From assembly GCA_030651375.1 (NCBI GenBank), contig JAUSFM010000009.1:65345-129344 (forward strand): 64,000 nucleotides of DNA, written 5' to 3'. How positions within the stretch are numbered: position 1 is the first letter of the stretch; the number at the start of each line of letters is the position of its first letter. The stretch comes from Candidatus Woesearchaeota archaeon. GTDB taxonomy: Archaea > Nanobdellota > Nanobdellia > Woesearchaeales > UBA12501. Position numbers and translations under genes: made by a program. The notes under the pieces are model-generated. The model worked only from the letters and a program-made list of their open reading frames with translations. It was not told the DNA's origin and did no database searches. Shown in pieces: positions 27,053 through 36,000 of the stretch.

Positions 27053-27862
27053 ATGAGAAAAATCTGCATTATTAACCAAAAAGGCGGCGTGGCAAAAACA
27101 ACCACCGCTGTAAACCTCGGCGTTGGTCTTGCCAAGGAAGGAAAAAAAGTTCTCATTATCGACCTTGATGCGCAAGGAAACGTCGGCACCTGCCTGCCAG
27201 CAGAGTCAAAAAAAGACCTGTACGACTTTCTGGTTGAAAACGCCGACATCCGCGAGTGCATCTCCGGCGTCACCGAAAATCTCGACCTTATCAAAAGCAG
27301 GGAAACACTGGCAAAAGCCGAGCTCATTCTCGTGGGCGAAAGCTCCCGTGAAATGACACTTCGGAGAAAACTGCAAAACCTTGCAGGCTATGATTACGTG
27401 CTGCTTGACTGCCCGCCGAGCCTCGGCCTGCTGAACCAGAACGCCATGCTGTTTGCAACCGAAGCGCTTATTCCGGCATCCACCGACATTCTCGGGATTG
27501 ATGCGCTGCGAAAAATGCGCTTTATTGTTGACAAAATCAATGACGTGTTCGGCCACAGCCTGACCATCAGCAAGGTGGTTCCCACGCTCTACGATGTACG
27601 CAATAAAGTGTGCAATACCGTGCTGAAACAAATGCAGAGCGAGTTCTACGAGCTGGTCTCTGACCCGATTCGTGTCAATGCAACGCTCAAAGAGGCGCCG
27701 GCAGAGAAGAAGTCAATCTTCGACTACGCCCCAAACTCGCGCGGTGCTGAAGACTACCGCAAGCTCGTCAAGCAAGTATTGCGCGACGAGGAGAAATACG
27801 TCAAACTTGCGCGCTCTCCCGCGTCAATGCGGATGCAAGTGAAAGAAGCGGTTATTGGATAA
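27053..27862 (+). CDS. parA: ParA/MinD-family partition ATPase
   Basis: Deviant Walker A KGGVAKTTTAVNLG and ParA motifs (IIDLDAQGN; DCPPSLG). Confidence 0.9.
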   Translation: MRKICIINQKGGVAKTTTAVNLGVGLAKEGKKVLIIDLDAQGNVGTCLPAESKKDLYDFLVENADIRECISGVTENLDLIKSRETLAKAELILVGESSREMTLRRKLQNLAGYDYVLLDCPPSLGLLNQNAMLFATEALIPASTDILGIDALRKMRFIVDKINDVFGHSLTISKVVPTLYDVRNKVCNTVLKQMQSEFYELVSDPIRVNATLKEAPAEKKSIFDYAPNSRGAEDYRKLVKQVLRDEEKYVKLARSPASMRMQVKEAVIG

Positions 27863-27951
27863 ATATGTTTTTTTATCTTTTTTTCTCTACTTCTTTTGTC
27901 TTTTAATTTTTTAGATATATTTTTATGCTTTTAGAATTAATTTTTTTTCAC

Positions 27952-28407
27952 TTATTGATCCGGCCCATAGTATCGCCGATTGCCCGGAAGCACCATGCTA
28001 TTGAGTCGGTGTTCGCCAACAGAGGTATATTCTTTTGTTGGGGTGGGTATCTTTTCCGGCTCGTCTCCCACGGTAAAACAGCCGCCATAGAAGCATTGGC
28101 AGGTGTCTGCGTAGGAGCAGGTGCAGCGCTGGTAGCAGCCGTACTTGGTTCTGAATCGATATTGTGACGGTGTTTCATCCATCAGCCGCTTGACTGCAAG
28201 CGGTGGCTGTTCGCTGACGAGATTTCCCGTCAGGCTCTGGCTTCCTCCTGCAGGAAGCTCGTTCGTGTATTCCACCAGCACATAGTTTGTTTGTGGTGTT
28301 TCATTGATTGACTGCGAGTATTGGTAGATGCCGCCCAGCGCAACTGCTGCGGTGATTAAGACTAACAGAAGGTCACGGTGGTCACTCATTCCTCTTTTTA
28401 TACTCAT
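27952..28407 (-). CDS. Small secreted Cys-rich protein
   Basis: N-terminal TM/signal, C-terminal CxC-rich segment (CYQRCTCSYADTCQCFYGGC). Last gene of the minus-strand sigma-like operon. Confidence 0.4.
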   Translation of the reverse strand: MSIKRGMSDHRDLLLVLITAAVALGGIYQYSQSINETPQTNYVLVEYTNELPAGGSQSLTGNLVSEQPPLAVKRLMDETPSQYRFRTKYGCYQRCTCSYADTCQCFYGGCFTVGDEPEKIPTPTKEYTSVGEHRLNSMVLPGNRRYYGPDQ

Positions 28408-28473
28408 AATGTGTGTTGGTGGCTTTTTTATTTAAATAGTTTGTGGATTGGTCATTCGAAATCTACTCATTCT

Positions 28474-29826
28474 CTATTTCTGGTACAAATCAGGATATTC
28501 TTTAACAAGCGCTTGGCGCATTTTTTCCTTGGCGCGGTTTTCGAGCTGCCTCGTTCGCTCACGGGTGATGCCCAACTGGTCTCCAATTGCCTCGAGTGTC
28601 ATTGGCTCTTCGCGGAGCAGGTGGCAGTCAACAATATATTTTTCGCGTTCGTCCAGTACATGAAGTACCCCGCGAATTGCCTGATTGGCAAATGGGGCGT
28701 TGGGAGTAATCATCTCTTCCGGGGTTGGAGCATTTGACGCAACCCTTGAATATAAATTCTTGTCGTCAGCTGTTAGGCTGTCAAGAGACGCATCACCATC
28801 TGCCAAGCGCTGCTGCATGCCTCTTACTGACTTTGGCGAAACGTTAAAGTGTGCAGCAATCTCTTCAGGTGTTGCTTCATGGTCTTCATATAATAATTCA
28901 GGCATACGGCTTGTTCCTACTTTTGGCAGCAGATAATATAATTTTCTTTGCACTTGGCTTGTTCCTATCTTCACCATTCTTCTGTTCGCTATGTTGTCAG
29001 CATAGATTTGTGCTTTTATCCAATGCACGGCATAGGTGATAAAATTCTTGCCTTTTTTAGGGTCATATTTCCGCGCGGCGCTCATGGCGCCCAAATAGCC
29101 ACTGCTCACTGATTCATCCCATGCTTGTTTGTTCGTACGAGGGTGTATGCCCATCTGATGTACGACCTGATAGACAAAGTGTACTGATGACTCAACCAGG
29201 CGCTTAACCGCTTCTTTTCCCTCTTCACTGTCCGGGCCGTACGCTTGTACCGTGTGGCCCCATTCATACTGTTGCTCTTTTAATGCCTGTCTATCTTCCA
29301 AAGGTAGTTTTTGTGCACGTTGAGGCATTGGTTTTTTCAATTTCTTAACCGGAAGCCGGACAATCTCTGCTTCCGGCGGCGTTTCATAAGGTGTCCTGTC
29401 AAATGCGGTCGTGATGAAACGTTCGAGAATAAAATCAAGTGAACTGACAGACACATGCTCATTTCGTACCTCAATCTCCCCTTTTTCTTTCAGATAGTGG
29501 AGTCTCTCTCTCACATTTGTCTCTTCGAGCTTCACGCCACCAATTTTTTGGAGTACGAGATCATCAAGCGGAATTTCAGTTGCAAAGTGTTCTGCTTTTG
29601 ATGGGTCTTCTGCAATCATCTGTGCGACAATTGAGCCGACAAAATAATAGGGCTCTTGAGAAAAAGAATACAGGGGAAATGCTCGGTCTGCATAGCGTTG
29701 GAGGCCAAGAGCAATAACTGTTTCTGTTGACATGGTATCAAGAAGTGGAAGTGCTTGCAGCTCTTTACGTAGATGAGGGGGAAGTTCGCTTGAACCCTGC
29801 TTTAAAAAAGGGAGCACCGTTGCCAT
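28474..29826 (-). CDS. Sigma-70-family-like protein with new conserved N-terminal domain (paralog 1)
   Basis: C-terminal half has a sigma region-2-like segment (FITYAVHWIKAQIYADNIANRR) and a region-4.2-like HTH (MTLEAIGDQLGITRERTRQLENRAKEKMRQ). The N-terminal ~150 aa (RAFPLYSFSQEPYYFVGSIVAQ...) is shared with the two downstream paralogs. Confidence 0.75.
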   Translation of the reverse strand: MATVLPFLKQGSSELPPHLRKELQALPLLDTMSTETVIALGLQRYADRAFPLYSFSQEPYYFVGSIVAQMIAEDPSKAEHFATEIPLDDLVLQKIGGVKLEETNVRERLHYLKEKGEIEVRNEHVSVSSLDFILERFITTAFDRTPYETPPEAEIVRLPVKKLKKPMPQRAQKLPLEDRQALKEQQYEWGHTVQAYGPDSEEGKEAVKRLVESSVHFVYQVVHQMGIHPRTNKQAWDESVSSGYLGAMSAARKYDPKKGKNFITYAVHWIKAQIYADNIANRRMVKIGTSQVQRKLYYLLPKVGTSRMPELLYEDHEATPEEIAAHFNVSPKSVRGMQQRLADGDASLDSLTADDKNLYSRVASNAPTPEEMITPNAPFANQAIRGVLHVLDEREKYIVDCHLLREEPMTLEAIGDQLGITRERTRQLENRAKEKMRQALVKEYPDLYQK

Positions 29827-29894
29827 AAAGTTCTTGTGTGGTGTTTATTATTTTAAAAAGGTGTTGGTACTGATTGGCTAATCTCGTAATTTCA

Positions 29895-31193
29895 TTATTC
29901 AAAATCATCAGGATTCAAACAACGGCGAAGATTTACTAAGGCTGCCGAATGGAGTTGGCTGGCGCGAGATTCAGTGAAACCCAAAATGCGGCCGATCTCT
30001 TTTAAATTTAAATCTTCTTTGTAATACAATCTTAGAAAAATTCTCATATTTTGTTGTGTTTCCGGCCTACAGGGAACTCCTTCTGCAGTTGAAAAGGTAA
30101 TGCTATCCAACGCGCCCCACAGCATTGATTCTTCTTGGCGTAGCGCTGCCATCGTGTCAAGATAGACACTTTTTTCATCAGGTACTACTCGGGGAACATC
30201 AATATATTTTCCATTTTTATCTTTAGGCTTATCATCCAAACTCATAACCCTTGGTGCGCTCACTTGTGCTTCGTCATATTGTTCTTGTGTAATGCCGGCA
30301 CGCTCAAGAATCTGTTCGAGTGGAATATCCGTTGTTCCTGTTTCAAACAGCAATGCAGCGCGCGCATCTTCCACATCCTTGAGCCGTTCACGCACGCTGC
30401 GAGAAACCCCATCAAGGTGGCGTAAATAATCCAATATCGTGCCGCGGATGCGCATTTCTGCATACGGCCTGAAACCACCTTGTTTTGCATCAAATTTTTT
30501 TTTGGCGTCCAAAAGGCCGAGGTATCCTTCACTGATTAAATCATCAACCTCAACGCTGCGCGGCAAGCGTTGAGCAATGCGATATGCTAAACGTTTTACC
30601 AGCGGCATATACTCCGTCGCAAACGCTTCTTCTTCGCCATCGCGTATCTCTCTCCTTTTTTTCTCTTTTGTTTCTCTTGTTTCTTTCTTCGGCATTCCCA
30701 CTACTTTTTTTTCATATTCAACCGGCAGCCCATACGTTGCATACAGCACATCCCACAAGACAGCATTAACCAACTGCAGGGGAACATTCCCTTCCGGAAG
30801 AATGCCGGCTTCTGTCAGATACGCAAGCCGTTCGTCGACGGTGTTTTTGTTTAGTCCAACTCCTCCCAACTGGGTGACGGTAAATTCGCTGTGCGGTATG
30901 CCTGCGAGTGTATCGCCAGCTTGTTTTCGTAGCTCCGGATATTCCTGCAGTGCCGCAGCAATGACTGACGCGACAAAATACGTTGGCTCGCCGGAAAAAG
31001 AATACAGCGGAAAGCTTTTGTCGACTATTCTTTCCGGCGTGCCGCGCTGGAGCAATTCGGCTCTGGAATATGCCCTGAACATTCCTCCGACAGCGAGCTG
31101 ATACGCCGTTGCTGTCATAAATGTTTCTGCGAGCTGCTCCAGACTTCTATCTTGCTGCGGTGCAGGAAAGGGGAGAACGGTTGCGGCGGACAT
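29895..31193 (-). CDS. Sigma-70-family-like protein, FliA/WhiG-like (paralog 2)
   Basis: Region 2 YMPLVKRLAYRIAQRLPRSVEVDDLISEGYLGLLDAKKKFDAKQGGFRPYAEMRIRGTILDYLR. Region 4 DLNLKEIGRILGFTESRASQLHSAALVNLRR. The N-terminal domain carries the shared FPLYSFSGEPTYFVASVIAA motif. Confidence 0.8.
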   Translation of the reverse strand: MSAATVLPFPAPQQDRSLEQLAETFMTATAYQLAVGGMFRAYSRAELLQRGTPERIVDKSFPLYSFSGEPTYFVASVIAAALQEYPELRKQAGDTLAGIPHSEFTVTQLGGVGLNKNTVDERLAYLTEAGILPEGNVPLQLVNAVLWDVLYATYGLPVEYEKKVVGMPKKETRETKEKKRREIRDGEEEAFATEYMPLVKRLAYRIAQRLPRSVEVDDLISEGYLGLLDAKKKFDAKQGGFRPYAEMRIRGTILDYLRHLDGVSRSVRERLKDVEDARAALLFETGTTDIPLEQILERAGITQEQYDEAQVSAPRVMSLDDKPKDKNGKYIDVPRVVPDEKSVYLDTMAALRQEESMLWGALDSITFSTAEGVPCRPETQQNMRIFLRLYYKEDLNLKEIGRILGFTESRASQLHSAALVNLRRCLNPDDFE

Positions 31194-31205
31194 GGCATCA
31201 CTCGT

Positions 31206-33026
31206 TTATTTTTCTAACTCAAAGAGCACTTCTTTCGGTGCAACCAGTTCTTTATCAGGTACGATTTCTCGGTCAAATGTAGAGTCTAACGCTTCTGATA
31301 CGGAATGTAATGGTGCAAAGCCTCCCGGCGATTGTTCTTCTTCCTTCTCGTCATCGCCCAAGAAGTCAATGTCCTCAATGGATCCATACGTTTTGTCTGT
31401 TTCAGAAACTATTTCTGGCCTACGCCCTGTTCTTTCTTTTGGCCTATACTGCTCATCACGTTCCCGATAGAATCTTCCAATGGGAGTTTCAGTATCCGCG
31501 CACTGCATTTCCTCAACGTGATACCCATGTTTCAGCATTGCAATGACTCCTGCTTCCAAATCCTCCCGCGTTATCAGCTCACCACTTTTTTTCGGTTGTA
31601 GGTATGCTGGTTTTTTTCCGGTGACTGCACCCAATCTATCAGTAATATCCTGCTCCGGCACGAGCGTGTACTTGGGCAACCGGTCAACCAACTCGCGCGA
31701 AACATACGGCATTCTTCTGACACCATACGATTCTTCATATTCCCGCACGAGATTCAATGCCAGTGCCGCCGGCAAAATTCTCATTTCATCAAGGTCAGGA
31801 AGGGGAATCTCACACACTTCCTGTACTCGCCGAGGATCAAAATATTCAACGCCATTAAATTCTATCGGCCTGCACCCGATATACAGCTCTGACAGCATTT
31901 TTCCGATATTTCTGCCGTGCATATCAAAGCGAGATTTTGCCGCACGATACATAAGATAGCTTGCCACTTCCTGCCCCGTTATCGGATAAAATGTTTCAAG
32001 TACTTGTCGGTATGCCTCAATAAAGTCTTTCTTTTTCAGTGTTCCGGCACTGCCTCCCATGGTTCGTAACCCACCATATCTTTTCAACAATTTCTGCATG
32101 CCATAGTTAGGAAAGCCGGGGTCAATGGAGTATTTTAATGCCGTCATGACCTCAAGGGTTTGGGTGTACGTTAATTGTTTCGGTGCCTCAGCAAGTATCT
32201 GTTTTGATGTTTTTCCTCCTTCGTCCAATTCTTTTTCAAACTCCTCTAACTCTTCAGGTGTCATCTCTGCAAGTTCGTGTTCAAATTCCCTGACAAGATT
32301 TACGCCATAACTTTTATGTTTTAATGTGTTGGGTGAACTCGTTGCTCCTATGTGATGATTTGTCGCTGGTTTTTTACGCTTGTACAGAGATTTATCAGGA
32401 ATGTCTTGTTTTAATTTTTTAAGCGCGCGTTCCAAGCTTCGTGACGGCGTGCCAAAGTCACGCGTGCGCAAAGTGACTTTTCTTTGTATGATAAAGGCAT
32501 CGTCACTATTCCCTGTTTCTTCTTCTCCTTCTGGTTTTCGGTATGCTTCAATGGGCATAATATCCGCAGCCGGATGCTCGCTTTCATAGGCTGGTGGATT
32601 TCCAAATGTCATTGCAATGAAATCTCGGAGTACAAAATCTATGGTGCTTATCGAGACATTTTGGTTAGGAAGCATTGCAATCACACCATTTTCTCTCAAA
32701 TAGTCAAGCCTCTCTCTCTCATTTGCCTCTTCCAGCCGCACACCGCCAATATTCTGCAGCACGAGACGTTCCAGTGGAATTTCAGTTGAAAATAAGGGTG
32801 CCTGTGCAGGATCGTCCACCAGTATCTGCGCAACAATGGAGCCGACAAAATATTCTGGCTCTTGAGAAAAAGAATGCAGTGGAAATGCGCGCTCTGCATA
32901 GCGTTGCAGCCCAAGACTTTGCACTGTTTCTTGTGACAGCCGGTCAAGGAGACTAAATTCTTGCAGCTCTCGTAGAGTGCGCGGAGAAATTTCTTCAGGT
33001 TTGCTGAATTGAAGAACATCGGCCAT
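31206..33026 (-). CDS. Paralog 3 of the shared N-terminal domain; diverged C-terminus without obvious sigma motifs
   Basis: First ~150 aa are about 60% identical to paralog 1 (RAFPLHSFSQEPEYFVGSIVAQ...). The 609-aa remainder is acidic/charged with no clear sigma region 2 or 4. Start set at the ATG (MADVLQF); the track start 33035 is GTG. Confidence 0.55.
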   Translation of the reverse strand: MADVLQFSKPEEISPRTLRELQEFSLLDRLSQETVQSLGLQRYAERAFPLHSFSQEPEYFVGSIVAQILVDDPAQAPLFSTEIPLERLVLQNIGGVRLEEANERERLDYLRENGVIAMLPNQNVSISTIDFVLRDFIAMTFGNPPAYESEHPAADIMPIEAYRKPEGEEETGNSDDAFIIQRKVTLRTRDFGTPSRSLERALKKLKQDIPDKSLYKRKKPATNHHIGATSSPNTLKHKSYGVNLVREFEHELAEMTPEELEEFEKELDEGGKTSKQILAEAPKQLTYTQTLEVMTALKYSIDPGFPNYGMQKLLKRYGGLRTMGGSAGTLKKKDFIEAYRQVLETFYPITGQEVASYLMYRAAKSRFDMHGRNIGKMLSELYIGCRPIEFNGVEYFDPRRVQEVCEIPLPDLDEMRILPAALALNLVREYEESYGVRRMPYVSRELVDRLPKYTLVPEQDITDRLGAVTGKKPAYLQPKKSGELITREDLEAGVIAMLKHGYHVEEMQCADTETPIGRFYRERDEQYRPKERTGRRPEIVSETDKTYGSIEDIDFLGDDEKEEEQSPGGFAPLHSVSEALDSTFDREIVPDKELVAPKEVLFELEK

Positions 33027-33059
33027 GCCTTTCACCGTTATTTTCTTCTTTTAAAAATA

Positions 33060-36000
33060 TTACTCAAGCAATCTCGGCGCCATGGCTTCAACATCGTTGA
33101 CATGCGCCAATCCGAAAAGCGTTTTTCCTGCCTTTCGCAGTTGAGTTTCAAGTGCATGATATCCTGCATCAGCAGGGACACCGTGTTGTGTCAGCACCTT
33201 CATGGTTTGGTTCTCATCAAGGAATCCAACCTGTTTCATCAATTCTGCCCGCGAATCATCGTAATGCATTGCCTGCGCCCATCCTGCTGCCAGCTTCCAA
33301 TATGCTTTTGAAAATACGTCATACCCTATGAGTTGTTGATCGCCCAACTTTTCCGTTGCCATATACTCCCGGATGTATTTTTCCAACTGTAGGTCTGGTT
33401 TTTCTCCATCAAGCAACAGCGCAGGCATGATGCGGTTCACAGGAATTTTTGTTCCATCCGATTTTTTCCATGAAAACGGCTCATACAAAATCGCCGCTGC
33501 AACAAAAGGAGAAACATGATACCCTTCTCCAGTCACTGCTTTTCGCATAGTGTCAGGGAATTGGCGTATGGCCGCGTTGATGCGCCCGGGTGTTACTTGC
33601 GGAGGCATCAATTCAGCAAGATCAGAGGTGAGCACAATATCTTCAACGCCGTAGGCGTGCTCTGCGTCATTGCCTTTCAGGACAATCTGGTCGGCTGCAA
33701 ATCTGCCTGATCTTCTCATGTACTCAAAGAGCCGCCGTGAAAATTCCGGCTGATATGCGGCCACAAGCAACGCGACGGCTTCTTCTTCATTCTTCGGTGC
33801 AGTGCTCAGGCGATACTGGTACACACCATCTTCGGCGCGCGGTGTTATTCGTGCGCCGAGAGAGCCGGATCTTCGTTCTGGCTGTACTAACACCGGTGTT
33901 TCTTCTCTTTTTGAAGGTGTTGTTCCTGCGGGAGCTGGTGCAGTATATCCTGTTGTTTCTGCCGCCGATGCTGGTGCAAGTGGTGCCTGTTCTCCTGCAG
34001 GCGATGCAACCTTTTCTTCCAGCGAGGGTATCACCACTTTTGTTCCCTTGGGAAGCCCGACAACATCTTCAACCGTTGTGCGTCCCGTCAATGATTCCAA
34101 TGCATAATCAAACGCTTTGAAATAGACTTCACGTTGGCGCGCCTTGATGTCTGATGCCGTTGGAGTGCCTGATTCAGGCGTAAAAAGATTTGTTTTTGAA
34201 TACACCTGTAGAAGTTCTGGGCCAAGAATAGCGTACAGTGCCGCATGGTTTGGCGGTGCTAATGGCTCTGGCTTAAGGTCAACTTCTGCCCATAATTTAA
34301 TTTTCAATGCCGTGCTTGCGGCGATGCCTAATCCTGATGCTTTTAATCTATGGGTATTGACAAACTCGTGCAGTTTTCCAACAGCTTTTTTCGTGACTTG
34401 AGCTGCAACAACATATTCCACAACCATGTTTGGCACATACAAATGTTGGTCATCAAATCGTATCCGGCGCTGTGCTGTATTATAGTATCCTTTCTCCAGA
34501 ATTTTATGCCGTAACGCCGTTGCGAGGTACGCCATTGCGTATGTGTCGTCGAATGGATGGGTTGATGATGAAGTGGCAGGAGCGGGAACTTCTGGGCGTG
34601 CTGAAGCTGGTGAAGCAGGAGCAGGAACCGAAACAAGTACGTCATCAATTGATGCAGCTATTGGTGTTGGCGCAGGAGCTGGCGATGGTGCCGGAGGAGG
34701 AACTGGTATTGGTGAGAGAGCTGGAGATGGCGCAGGGGCAGGTCGAGTGGCTGGAGAATCTACATTCGCGGATTCTGCCGCAACATAGTCACCCAACAAT
34801 GTGCCGCCTGCTTTCATCGTGTCGAAGGCGAGGTTGAATGATTCACGGAATCGCTGGCGGACAGGCGTGGCTGGTTTAGCGAATTTTTCAACAGCGGCAA
34901 AGTATTTTTGTCCTTGTAATCTTTGGATGGCTTCAAATGGCACACCAAAAAATCCAGCTATTTCTACATCCAAATATTTCTTTACATCTGTAAGATCACT
35001 CAGATGGATGGCAAGAATATCCTCCATCATTACTCCTGCAGGTGCATCATGATGATGGCGCAGCAATGGATGCTCTTTTCCTTTCCATTGTTGAAACGCC
35101 CCATCGGTTATTCTGGTTTTTAATAGTTCACGAACTTTGTAATACCGGGGAACATCCCCACTTTTAATCGGCTTGTGGCCGGGAAGCGTAATCATATCTG
35201 TCGTCGGATCATACAGCTTTTGATAGCGTATTCCCCTTTCTATTCCCTGCGCAAGATAGCGGAGTGGGTCGGTGAGAAGTAAATCATCGGACAGAACGAA
35301 TTTTCTTCCGGCAGATGCTGCTGAAGCGGCAGGATGTGGTGGTGCGGGCGCATCCGGTGCATCCGGTTCAACCACCGTATCAATCGTTGCGGCACGAGCT
35401 GCTATTCTCTGCTCTTCTGCTTCTGATGGTGCTTCACCAGCCACTGCGCCGCCGGTAAGCTCTTGATACCATACTGACTGGTGCTCCCGCACAATCGGAA
35501 ACAGTTGAGGAAGGAGATTATTGATGCTTGGCCAGTCAAGGTCAACGGTCTTTGCTTTTTTCAGTAAACCATCTTCCACTGCGCGATGTGCAAGGGCAGA
35601 ATCAATGCCGAGAGATGCTTCCAAATCAGCGTAGGTTCTGATGCGAACATCGCCCGCTGATTTGTAAAGCCCAAAGAATTTGACATCAAGGGGAGAGAAT
35701 TTTTGATGGAGGGAAAAGGGAACATGGCCAAAAGCGTCTGCATAGACTTCGTTAACATAGCGTTGGTATGACGTATAGCGAGCGTTATATCCATCGCTTC
35801 CTTCTCGTGCTTGGTGTGGGGTTACTGCAAGCAAAGGAATATCGGCAGGGGATGATGGGGTCAGTGTTTGGCTGTGCGCAACAAGTTGTTGGTGCTCGGC
35901 ATCGTAGCCAAGCATAATTCCTTCAGCAGTGTACTGGCCGGTTTGCACGAGGTGGCTAAACACAGCCTGCGCAAGTTCTTCGAGCAGGGGACGTGAAGGA

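Noticed and set aside
28474-33035. Bacterial contamination or assembly chimera as the explanation for the sigma-like genes
   Set aside because: GC content and codon style match the flanks, spacers are operon-like, and archaeal marker genes lie on both sides within the same contiguous sequence. This cannot be fully excluded without read-level data.
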